This document shows, one piece after another, positions 52,300 to 64,000 of a stretch of 64,000 bases of DNA. The translations under genes were made by a program, and so were the position numbers. The notes below the pieces were generated by a model. It worked only from the letters and a program-made list of their open reading frames with translations, did not search any database and was not told where the DNA came from. Source of the DNA: Sphagnum compactum. Its lineage: Eukaryota. Within the stretch, counting starts at the first letter, position 1, and every line of letters starts with the position of its first letter. The DNA lies in contig OZ234494.1 of NCBI GenBank assembly GCA_965153455.1, forward strand, positions 5,766,001-5,830,000, written 5' to 3'.

Positions 52300-52970
52300 A
52301 CCTCCAACACATGCATCATTAGGCCAATTTTTGTAGATGCTTATAACCATCTCAAAAAAATTCATGCCAAATCAAAAGCATTTTAGGGTTGTGCAAATAA
52401 ATCTTGTGTTATAGACGTTTTGCCTCAATATGAGAACCAACAATCGCCAACGCTTGCTGACCTACACATCCAACATAAGAAAAATGTTGTTCATGAGTTT
52501 TTGTCATCCCAATGGATCTTGGCATTCCTCCTTACTGGTTTTTCCTAATACTAAATTGGTCAATTGTTGTTTCACAACTCAAAAGGCCATGTCTTCATTA
52601 GTTTCCATGATATCATACAAACTTGTGTGTGCAATAGTTTGGGATGTAAAGCCAAAAAGTTTTTCATTTACCTTTGTTGGGTTCATAAATGTGTATGCAC
52701 AAACAAGGAGTAAGAACAATATTTGTTGGTCATACTCACCTATAATTCAAAGAGCCTGCTCTTTGTCAACATATTGAATGAGTAACCCCAAACCCTTATA
52801 ATGGGGTTCTAACATCATTACCAACATATTGTGAGTTTTGTGAGTTTGAAAGAAATCATAAATTGCCTCTCTTGGCCGATTTCTCTTTTGTTTAATCCAC
52901 TCATTCCACAAAAGTTTATAAGCATTTTCGATATGCTTTGAAAGTGTAAAAATCCCATTTGTCATATTGT
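52300..52970 (-). pseudogene. hAT transposase C-terminal and dimerisation-region remnant
   Basis: KTHNMLVMMLEPHYKGLGLLIQYV (an LDPRYK-like motif) followed by degenerate DPL… and QALAIVGSHIE segments. Confidence 0.65.
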
Positions 52971-53914
52971 ATGATATGATGCCATTTTTACATCTTGTAA
53001 TTATGGCAAGGGGATAACTTCAATTGTTACATATTTGAGCTTTGTGGATCATCACTTTATATTCATGAATATAAGAATATCTTCCATGAATATTAGGTGG
53101 AACATTCTCAAAATGTTAAGATAGACATGGGTACCACATCATCTTACACCCTAAATATTTTGACAACACCCCCACCCTAGGACTTTACCCTATAAGTTTA
53201 ATCATTTTACACCTCTAAATATTTTGAGAACACCTCACCTTAGGGTTTTACCCTACAGTTTGAATTATGAATTGTTATGTAAAATGACCATCACCTTGGG
53301 GATGATAATATATATAACCGATGTGTTTTTTTTGCAATTGGCTTTTCATCCTTTCAACTTTTGTCAAACGCCAAACCCCTACCTTTTTCATTGATTATAT
53401 TATAGGAGCATGTTACAAAGAGAATGATGCGATGATCCATTGCTTTTGCCAACACCCAGCCCCCACAATTTTTTATTGATTTTCAAGGATAGTTGAATTT
53501 AAAGTAACAATAGGTAATATCATAGTAAGGTTGGTCCCGACTTATAATTAGTGATGAAAGCCTAATCACCAAAACGTTTAAATTTACGAATCGGTTTTAT
53601 AGCTTTTGGTATTTGGTTCAAACTCCCAAATGGAAAAAAATTATGCACAAATGGAGGTAACAACCATGGTTTTGGTTCCTTATTGAAAGAGAGGTTTTGC
53701 ACTTATATTGCATTTCAGCTCATACTACATACTAATACTATCAAGTTTTTTTAAAAAAAGACCCATTACATCATGCAAACACATAATGGTCCCCCATTAG
53801 ATAGGGATGATCACACACAATTTGTTATTACATAAAAGGAAAGCACAACACTAAACTCATTAGACCACACAAAACACATTAGTATCTCTATCTATCAAAG
53901 GAAGGTAGTTTGTT

Positions 53915-54135
53915 GGCCTTGCCTATCAAGGCAAGGATATTGTGTTTAGATTCATTATAGAGTATAGTAGCTTAAGGGATTTTAATAGGCCCCTAGGTAA
54001 TAATAATAGGTCTATTTTTGTATAAGGATTTTTGAAAGATGATATTTTGGCTTTTTGTTGAAACTTGAGATTAATTATAAAGTTATAATATCTTGAAGGA
54101 TTTTGTTTCTTTTAGAGGATTTTTGGAAGATTATA
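53915..54135. mobile_element. 3'-truncated copy of the 51321-51614 element
   Basis: Begins GGCCTTGCCTATCAAGGCAAGGATATTG and aligns with 51321-51533. Confidence 0.7.
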
Positions 54136-54140
54136 ATGTT

Positions 54141-54720
54141 TAAACTTAAGGTGCAAGAGTTATTGAATAGTGAGCAAAATTTTTAATGTTTTTTTTCAAT
54201 AAAATCAAAAATAGTTTGGGGGTTTTGGAATGTTTAAAACTTAAGGTGCAAGAGTTATTGAATAGTGGGCAACGGTTTTATTTAAATTTCAATAAAATCA
54301 AAAATAGTTTGGGGGGTGTTGTACTAGTGGTTAAACTTAAGGTACAAGAGTTATTGAATAGTGGGCAAAGTTTTTATTTAAATTTCAATAAAATCAAAAA
54401 AAAATTCTTGTTCTTCCCAAAAATTGATGCAAAAACAAAAACCAAAAAAAAAACCCTCTTTTCTTTCCAAAAGTTGCCTTAAAAAATGACCAGAAAAATA
54501 AAATAAATCCCCAAATTCTCTTTCTTCCCCCAAAAATTTGGTGGAAATAAAACCCAAAAAAAACCGAACTCCCTTTCTTCCACAAAAATTGCTGGAACAA
54601 AATAATAATCATAATAATAATAATTTAAGAATTCAGTTTCTTCCCCCAAAAAATTGCTTGCCAAAAAAAAAGAAGAAAATCGATTAAATTCCCTTTCTTC
54701 CCCCAAAAAATTGCTGGAAT
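54141..54720. repeat. Two adjacent minisatellites upstream of ARA1: 3 x ~96 bp, then ~6 x ~55 bp
   Basis: AAACTTAAGGTGCAAGAGTTATTGAATAGTG units at ~54142, 54237 and 54333, then TTCTTCCC…AAAAATTG units across 54410-54720. Confidence 0.8.
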
Positions 54721-55155
54721 TTTTCTGAAGTTGTCTCTGACTTCACTCAAAAGCTCATCAAGCCGATGGCGGTGGCGTATGCGTTGCTTTTGTTTTCGGT
54801 ACTTGTCTGTTTGTCGTTGCATCTGGAGCTTGGTTGATGAGCTTCTGAGCGTCGCTGCTGCTGTTTGTTTTACTGGCTTGTTTTGCTCTGTTGTTTTGAT
54901 TTGTGTGTGTGTGTGTGCGCGCGCGCGTGCGTGCTTTTTTCTTGTTCTTTTTTGCTCTTTTGTTTGTTTGTTTGGTTTTTTTTTTTTTTTTTTTGGTTGT
55001 TGTTGTCTTTGATGAGCTTGTCAAATTTGAGAGTGCAGGTTCTGTGAGCTTTGTGGCGAGTTTTTTTGTATTGTTTTCTTTTGTGAAGTTGCTATTAGCT
55101 TGAGGGATTGGTTGATTGTTGACAACAATCGAGAGAAGGAAAAAAAACTAATAAG

Positions 55156-58100
55156 ATGGGTGACGTATTGACGGAGCAAGAAAAACTCGGAGCAAGAAAT
55201 GAGCAAACTGTGAAGCCGTTGGTGTTTGCTTATTACGTTACAGGACACGGCCTGGGACACGCAACTCGAGTGATCGAGGTTCGGTTTCTTTGTCTTGTCT
55301 TGTTTTGTTTGTTTGTTTGTTTTCATTTTTGTTTTTGCTTCGTTGGCTTTAGTTGCATCCGAATTGCCATCAGATTGCAGCTCACAGCAGATATGGAATT
55401 TTTCTTCCAAATGCATCAAAGCTGTAACAAGATATTGATCAATCTTTCCAATACATGAGAGCTGGAAGAACTTGTTCTTATACCTGGATGATCTTTTATA
55501 CTTGTTCTAGTGAACCCAGGCAATCATCTGTTTCGCATGAGAGTTGGAAGAAGATCTGCTTGATATATTGTGGAGCTCTGTTTTGTGTATATGTGTGCGT
55601 GTGACATGAGTGTGTATGTGCGTGTTATGTCGGGTAGGTGGCACGACATCTGTGCGGAGCAGGACACGAGGTTCACATTGTGACTGTCGCCCCTGAATTC
55701 GTCTTCAGGCGTGATGTCCCTTCGCCAAAGCTTCACATCCGGAAGGTAAGAATGTCTTTCCCATGCATACAAACAAATCCTATCAACTTTTCTTTTTTCT
55801 CTCTCTCTCTCTCTCTCTCTGTGAGATTTCAGTCTCCAGCCAGGAATCATGCATAGGTGATGAAGGAAATGTGGAGTATCCATCCAGCAGGAGGTCTCCG
55901 CCTCTCTCTTTATGTGTCTCTCTGTCTCTATCTCTCTCGTATGTGTGAGAATGAAGATTCTAGGGTTCTGACCATTATGGAGGCTTTCCAATAATCATGT
56001 GGGATTGATCACACATGCTACAGATTTATCACTGTGTTTTTCTTTTAGCATACTTCACAGTTGAATCATATTTCATCTGAAGGTGTTGTTGGGGTGCTTT
56101 GGTTGCATGATGTGTAGGTGTTGCTGGACTGTGGAGCTGTGCAATCAGATGCTCTCACAGTGGATTGCCTGGGTTCACTAGAGCAGGTATAAAAGATCTC
56201 TTGATTAAAAAAAACCCTAACTTCTCTCCAAATACACAAACAATTTTTTGGTCTGGCCGATGCACACATCTCTATTACCTGCCACAAATGCCATGACCTT
56301 GCAGTATAGCTCTTGTTGTCAGTCAGAAGTGCATGCATGCATGACCAGCTCTACTACTATTCATCACATTTTTCTATTAGAAGCTTCTTCACCACCCCTC
56401 TCATTGCCGCAGAAAGTTGTGCACATGCTTTCTCATTGAGGTTTTGGGTTCTGGTGGTGAGAGAGTTTGATTCAGTTTATGACATGTGGGAATTGTTGTT
56501 TCAATCTCTTTTGGGTTTCAACAGTACTCTCGTACCGCAGTTGTCAACCGCACAGCTCTGTTGGCAGTTGAGGTGGAATGGCTCCAATCCATCAAGGCAA
56601 ATCTTGTGGTAATAGTTGCATGTTCTGATCTTCAATTAAGTGAAAGGAGTTGATCCGAAGACAGATTGAAGCCAAGTTATTGATGTTAGCTTTTTGTTCC
56701 ACAGTCAGTATGGAGGTTCTGACAAATGGGAAACAGTTGAGTGGGAATTTTTGCTATTCTGACCTGGTGGCTTGTATGTGAAGGTGTCAGATATTGTTCC
56801 TATAGCATGTAAAGCTGCAGCACAGGTGGGCATTCCATCTGTATGCGTCAGTAACTTCAGGTACCCTCCTGTCTGACCTCACCATGCAGCTCAGTCAGGT
56901 CTTCTTGCAAGGCTACATTTTGTATCTCCCTGTAAGAAGAGCTTTTAGTAGTCTTTGAAAACTCTAGACTTCCCAAGGGTACTCACTGCTCACATGATGG
57001 TCAGAGCATTGTTCTACTGAAAAACATCAACATTGAGCTGATGTAAACTGTCTTTCTTGAAAAAGTGGGTGTCATTGTCTCTGGCAGCTGGGATTTCATT
57101 TATTCGGAGTATGTCACAGTGGCTGGGAATGATCACCGCTCCATTGTTTGGCAGGTTAGCGTTTGGCTTCAAGAGTCATTGAGTGAAACACTAGTACTAT
57201 TGCTGCTTAGGTTGTTGAGAGAACTTCTTCTTCACAGTCAGCAGAGTGTTGAATGATGATGGGGATCTGTGTAGCATGTCACATGGCATCCACTATGCAG
57301 TCATGAATGAGTTAAAATTTATCTATTTCCTAATCATTTGTTCATTGTTTTTTAGGCTGTTATGATGAGCAAGTTTCTTCCACTAAAGATCAAAGTCTGA
57401 AACATGGTAAAAGATTGTGTATGGGACAGATTGCAGAGGACTACTCACATGCTCTTTTTGTTATTCGGCTTCCAGGCTACTGCCCAAGTATGACATCTTT
57501 CTGCAGTTGTGAAGTTTTATAATCTTGCTACTGTGGGGGACAATCCTTCACACATCCTCTCTGCAAAGTCCATTCGGCATGGAGCAAGTCACTAACTTGA
57601 CAGTGTTTTGGAAATGCTTCCAGTGCCAGCATTTCGGGATGTTATTGATGTGCCTATGATAGTACGTAAAGTGCACAGAAGCCGACAGCAGGTTAATTTT
57701 TTTCACAGTGTTATCCTACTTGAAGCCTGACAAGTCTTGTCAGGCATCCTTCCTGTTGACACAGAGGAGGAAGCAGATGACTTGTTTTTTTTACACTTGA
57801 TGGTCCAACACGTAGACTGTCTGTCAAGGATAGATTGGAGAGGATGGAAATTCTAGTCATTTTATGAAGTGATATCTTTACTGCATGCATGACTGGCACA
57901 GGTACGCAAGGACTTGGGAATAAGTGAGAGTGTGAAGGTTCTTCTCTTCAATTTTGGTGGCCAGGTTCTCCTTTTAACCCTGAACCTAGCGTCCAGAGAT
58001 TACTTTTTGCTACTTTCTCTAATTGCATAAGGTAGCAAGTTTACCAAATTTCCAACTGAGAAACCACTATGCTGTTTAACCCGCTATGCTGTTTGACCCG

Positions 58101-61100
58101 CTATGCTGTTTGTTTGGAAAGAATAACCCAAGCCTTAACATCCTTGGGTGCAGGATGCAAGATGGTCCCTAAAGGAGGAGTATATACCACAAGGCTGGCT
58201 GTGCTTGGTACTTTATTTCCTGTCCTATTGGTACATAGAATAAGCACTTGACTCCTAGCTGTAGCAAACATGTAGCAGATGCTATTTGTTGTGAGATGTA
58301 GCTGCATGTTGTGCTGGAGTTGCTGTTTCCTATTTTTTCTTAATACAGGTTTAGAGCTGCAGGGAAAACACATTTCTATTCTCTTTCTAGGATGTGATTT
58401 CTTGGTGAAACTTGAGACAACTTCATAGTCCATTACATTTTGGATCTTTTTTCCAGACTGATTCCATGCAGACCAATAATGCAACTGTACTGTGTGATGT
58501 TGTTCTGGAAGGTATGTGGTGCGCCTGCAGAACAACAGCTAGCTTCTAACTTTATCCGAATGGACCGTGATTCCTACATGCCTGACCTCATTGCTGCCAG
58601 TGATTGCATGCTAGGTATGTACCTTGACTATGCGCTAAATGAAGTACTTATTTACATACAGATGGGAAATGGTCTCTCAAACATAAATTTCTTGAGGGTC
58701 ATGTCCAGAGAACTTTGACTTCTCCTTGCTCAACTTTGTGAAGGTCTTGTTAAGTGCTATTGTCTTCCATTTATTGCCATTCTGATGTGGATTGTTGAAA
58801 GGTCCGAATGTGCAGATTTGTAATCATTAACCCTTGGCTGGTTGTGCACTTTGCAGGCAAGATAGGTTATGGAACTGTCAGTGAGACTTTGTCATGCAAT
58901 ACTCCACTTGTGTTTGTCCGACGTGACCACTTCAATGAAGAGCCATTCCTTAGAAAGATGCTGGAGGTATACCTACTATGACCACAGTAGCTGTCGGCAG
59001 TTGAATATAGCTCTTTTGATGTTTTCTTTAAATGCAGACACAACACTTATTTACACTGAATGGAGTTGTGTGATTTGACAGTTCAACCGAGGAGGTGTGG
59101 AAATGAACAGGCGTGATTTCTTGAGTGGGCGGTGGGTGCCATACCTTGAGCGTGCTCTAGTCATCAGGCCTAGCTTCAGTGGTCCTGTCAATGGGGGCGA
59201 GGTTGGCTACTCTTATCAACCTCTTTCTTTGTTTTGATAACAAAGGTCATGTTTATTGATCTCCTGTCCCTTTTGTCCCACAAATCTCAACTGGACTAAG
59301 CAGAGATTTCAATGTCTTGTGGCTGGAAATAGGTGGCAGCATGTCTACTGGAAGATGCTGCGCATGGAAAAGCCTACACCATTGAACCAGTAAGAAATAC
59401 TGTTAGAAATAGAGTGGTTACAACTGCTGCTCAATATCTATGGTTCTTAGTCCTGTCATGGCAATGGTTTCAAATATGTATAGTCAAGTATCCAGTGTTG
59501 CCTTCTTAGTGATGTTGTGGGTTAAGTGCAGGAAAGTGGATCAAGGCGGTTGAGGGATGCAATTGTGTTTGGGTTTCAAATGCAAAGACATCCTGGACGG
59601 GAGATTGATATTCCTGATTGGTACATGCCCACTGCGATATGTCCAGGCCTTGGCCCAGTGCCTCGGTCACATGACTCCAAGGGCATATTGCAGGATGCAG
59701 CTTCTAATGAGCTGTAAGTGTGCTCAGAGTCATATGGAGCACATTTGCCATCCTTCTTGTTCATGGTGTGGCACAGGTCAAGCATGACAATGATCTCTGA
59801 TTTTGCAGAGGATTGGAGTTTGAGATTCTTGAGGGAAGTTTACATGGTCTCTCAGACACTGCATGCTTCCTCCATAGTCTGGCTAGACTCGATAACGAAG
59901 GAGATGTGCAGGCAAGTGATCGTGCAAGCAAACCACAAGAAAGAGAATGGTTGGCTGCTGCTGGCATTTTCCGCTGGGAGGTCTGTCTCTGTTTTTTGTG
60001 CTCTTTCTTCTGGAATTTGCTCACATCAGCCCCTTTGGCTTTTAGTTATGTCTTTCTGTCAGTGATCTGTGGACTAGCTAGGCCTTAAATACCAAATCCC
60101 ATCTAAATGCAAAGTCAAGCACCCTGGGCTGAAAAGAATCTTGGGACGGATGACCTCCAACAATAATTTTATGCATGTTTAAAGAGGAGGCACTACTGCC
60201 AGCATAGGAAGAGTCACTCTGTCATACCAACTCTGTCTAGCATTGATTGTCTTTATCAATCAGAGTTTTGTCTATGGACCTGTAGAATGGAAAGACAGAG
60301 ACCCAAAATAACAGAAACTTGTATTTCAAACTGTAGAATGACCAAACAGCCCACAATGTCTTAGAGACAGAATCATGAGGCTCAAGGGAGGCAAAATAGA
60401 CTGTTGTTTGAAGCCATGAGAAGCTACAACCAACACTACATGTTTCAAGAATGGAGTATTCAAGGCTAGTAGAAGGAACTGATAAACCCTTAGGTTTGCA
60501 GGATGATATATATGTCTCGAGGGCTCCTGGCCGGTTGGATGTCATGGGTGGAATTGCCGATTACTCTGGCAGCTTGGTGTTACAGGTCACTTCCGCTCTC
60601 CTCTTCTCTGGAGCAGTTCTCCTCCTTGAATGTGAAAATTTCATTGGTTTAGGATTGGGGGTTGTGTGACCCTGAACTTGAGAACCAATATGACAAGTTT
60701 TTGTCATCATCATGCCAATTATGCTTCAGAAATGCCCCTTACCCATGAGCAGCCGTACACATGGGCTCGGTTCCTGTTGAAACTAGGGAAGACAGCATTT
60801 TATGGGTCCTTGCATCATGAGATGTAGCTGATTACTTATGAGTCTCAGGGCCTCTGGAATGCAGCTGCCAATCAGAGAAGCATGCCATGTGGCGGTGCAG
60901 CGGAGCCCTCCAGGCAAGCAACGATTATGGAAGCATACCATGGCACGGCAACTGGCCACAGGCCAAGGTTTAACTCCTGTTGTCTGCATTGTATGCTCTC
61001 ATCTGTTTACCCAAAACTCAATGGAAGTTACTGAACAATGAAAATAGTGAAATGGCCTGGTCTCCTGCTTCCAATTCTCAACGTTGGAATTAATTTCTGT

Positions 61101-63948
61101 ATGGTTTCTCTTCTACATCCACAGGTCTCATTTGGTTCAGACTTGAGCAATCGTGCACCCACTTTTGACATGGACCTTGCTGACTTGTTTGACTCTGAGG
61201 GAGAACCTATTGCTTATGATGTGGCCAACAAGTACTTTGATCAAGATGCTTCACAAAAGTAGGTTCACTTCTTCCCTCCCAGTTAGTTGAATTATACCAC
61301 TTTATCAGGATTCCTTGATTGGGCATATACATGAATTTTGTTGCAAATGTGAGAAGGTATATGACATGTGGGGACAGTGTCCAGATGCATAACAGATACA
61401 GACGTGAGTTTCCCATTAGTTGTCCTCATGGGCCAACATCTTGGGGAAGGTGGGCTGCATATGTGGCAGGGACTCTTTTGGTTCTAATGCGGGAGCTTGG
61501 TGTGCGCTTCCACGACAGCATAAGCATACTTGTACTTTGCAGTATCAAAACCTCGCTTTTTCTTGTGGTGATAAAATTGATCATCTGAACAAAATGACAG
61601 AACGTTTGGAAGCACCTCCTTGAGAAAGTAGAAATCTGCACTCAGATTCTCAGAAGGACCATTGTCTTGACAGAATAATCCATGTGAAAACAGATTTCTT
61701 CAGCAGTTCCAGAGGGAAAGGGAGTTTCGTCATCAGCAGCCCTTGAAGTAGCCACCATGACTGCCATTGCTGCTGCTCATGGTAAGCTCTCACAAAGGCT
61801 GATAGACTGGGTAACAGGGGAAAGTAATGTTTTTTTCAGAATACCTGGATAGTAAGCAGAAGAATGGAGACATTTACTTTTTGAGTGCACATAGTGCCAT
61901 GTGGCTGACAAATGTGTCACTTGCAGGTTTGACTATCTCGCCCAGAGATCTCGCAATTCTCTGTCAAAAGGTGAGTGAATGAATCTGCAAACCTGGACAG
62001 AACATTGAAAAGTTGGCAGCAGTGTGAAATATTTACTCATAAATATTGCATTGTTGTCTGTCATGAACTGCCTTATTGTATTAGGTAGAAAACCATGTTG
62101 TTGGGGCTCCATGTGGGGTGATGGATCAAATGGCATCTGCTTGTGGAGAGGCTAACAAACTTCTTGCCATGGTGTGCCAGGTTGTGCTTTCTACCTGACT
62201 CCTCCTACCACATTTTCACCTTTCCCCCTGTACTTTGTAGCGATGAAAATTGAAACAGGATGATGAACATTGTCATGAACTCTCATTGGCTTCCATATGC
62301 TAGACTGTAGATTTCTTCACAAATGTTTCACTGAGTAACATGCTCTTTTTGGAATGTTATGTGGTTAGCCTGCAGAAGTGAAGGAGCATGTGAATATTCC
62401 CCACCATGTACAGTTCTGGGGCATTGATTCTGGTATCCGTCACAGGTAAAAAACTCTTGCTTCCCCCTCACTTCTTTTGGTCATACTGTCTTTCAGGACA
62501 TTGTGAAATTGCACAGTTCCATCTTCAAGGTTTGGTTCTGAACAGATCACTTATTCTTCATGCAGTGTTGGAGGTGCTGATTATGGATCAGTGAGGGTGG
62601 GGACCTTTATGGGGCGGCGAATTATCCAAGGCACTGCTTCAAAGCTTGCCAACAGCTTTAAGAAGACAAGGGAGGAAGCTGACAATGCTGAGCTTGCATT
62701 ATCAACCGAAGATGCTGAGGAGGAATACCTGTGCAACATACCACCACACCGGTACACTCCCCTGAACAGGCAGTCACTGTGTGCACCTCTCTCAACTAGA
62801 AGTGAAGAACTTGTAGCTGTGTTGCTACATGCAGAAGTTAAAAATGTATTTGGCATTACAGTGCAGCATATTCTGATCAATAATTTTTTGGGAATACTCT
62901 GCAGCAACCTGTTTTAATCGTGTCTCTCACTTGTTCAAATCTACCATTTTGCCTCATCAGACTTGAGTCAGGGTATGAGTCAGTACTACCAACCAGTTTG
63001 AGTGGCGAAAGGTTTCTGGAGATGTTCAGCAGCCATAATGACCCCTTCACCAAAATCAAACCCGATAGAGTATATGATGTCAAAGTTCCAGCAGCTCATC
63101 CCATCTATGAGAACTTCCGTGTCAAGGTATTGGATTCCGAGCCAGAGTGAGTTTGTTGTTAGTGTATGAGGTACTATTATTATTAATTTATGAAGGCATC
63201 TTCAGAATGGACTTTACTGCCTGTTCCTTATGTGCTAAGAAGGGGGTCTTTAGAAAAAAGACCTGGAATATTGTGGCTGTTGTGTGCAGGATGACATGCA
63301 GTCTTCTAACTTTGCCATTGTTGGAATATGGTGGTGTGCAGGCATTTGCTACATTGCTAACAGCAGTACACACAGACATGCAGCTTGAAGCATTGGGGGA
63401 GCTCATGTATCAGGTGAGTGCTTTTGCTTGCCTAAGTGCCCTCAATCTGTAATAAAGAACGTTGATGCACAGCTTATTAACATGTATGGTATGGATGGCA
63501 AAGAGTTAGAGACATAAAACAACTGGACAGCAATCTTGACCCTATCTTGCTAGCTCTCTGTAACTGATCAGAAATGGGATCACAAACAGTATGGTGATTG
63601 CTAACCATTACTGGAAGGAAAACATCACCCCGTTACAACAGTGCAAGTTTCCTTGCAGTCAGGCTGGAAACATGCAAATATCATCATGCTTATGTGTCTG
63701 AACTCTGGTAATAGATGTTAATGATTGAAGAGGTTGGAGATGGGTGGCAGTCACATTACAGCTACTCAAAATGCAGGCTGGGCTCACATGGCACCGACCG
63801 TCTGGTATCCCTGGTTAAGCAAACAAGGAATCAAGCTTACACAAAAGGTACATCTCTCTTTGGTGCAAAAATAACTGGTGGTGGATGCGGAGGCACAGTT
63901 TGTGTGCTGGGACGCACAGGTGCAACAAGCCAAAACCAAATCCTCCAG
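55156..63948 (+). CDS. ARA1: L-arabinokinase (glycosyltransferase-like N-terminus plus GHMP kinase). 28 exons found, first 55156-55278, last seen 63751-63948; the 3' end lies beyond the window
   Basis: [96 protein letters not shown] and [12 protein letters not shown], in phase-consistent GT-AG exons. Confidence 0.96.
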
Positions 63949-64000
63949 GTAATGATGGCTCTAAAACATTTCAAAATCTGTCTTAGAGAGTGAGGTCATG

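Noticed and set aside
51321..54135. Pair of ~210-bp direct repeats as the LTRs of one retroelement
   Set aside because: No TG…CA ends, PBS or PPT. The first copy extends to an inverted terminus (a MITE) and the interior is hAT-like.
57362..57400. C/D box pair (ATGATGA…CTGA) in an ARA1 intron
   Set aside because: The span is under 40 nt, too short for a snoRNA.
11981..63948. Functional gene cluster or operon-like system
   Set aside because: The six genes cover unrelated functions (meiosis, glycolysis, rRNA processing, transport, sugar salvage) and share no visible regulatory signature.

Overview
Eukaryotic nuclear DNA from a land plant, most likely a bryophyte; the repeat families and gene style resemble peat moss (Sphagnum), which is inference only. 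Two AT-rich, CpG-poor blocks (about 1-11 kb and 18.5-29.5 kb) hold decayed transposons: a Ty3/gypsy element with a nested solo LTR (5-bp TSD GTTAT), hAT and PIF/Harbinger remnants, MITEs and a CACTA-like element. Six spliced genes were reconstructed by hand from GT-AG sites and reading-frame phase: (1) a SWI1/DYAD/AMEIOTIC1-family meiotic gene (+, 11981-17707, about 1300 aa); (2) a cytosolic pyruvate kinase with a single intron (+, 29759-31450); (3) an unrecognised ~993-aa protein with a B-box zinc finger, a conserved WxPDVYDP motif and a TPR-like helical C-terminus (-, 37427-32338); (4) DEAD-box helicase RH57/DDX52/ROK1 (+, 38991-44445); (5) an At4g15010-like mitochondrial carrier (-, 49496-46168); (6) L-arabinokinase ARA1 (+, from 55156, running off the window). 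The best leads are the B-box/TPR protein, the nearly intronless pyruvate kinase, a perfect 28-bp-stem intronic hairpin, and a palindromic 41-bp CpG tandem repeat in a divergent promoter. No CRISPR, rRNA or intact tRNA was seen. Family calls come from recalled motifs, not database searches.
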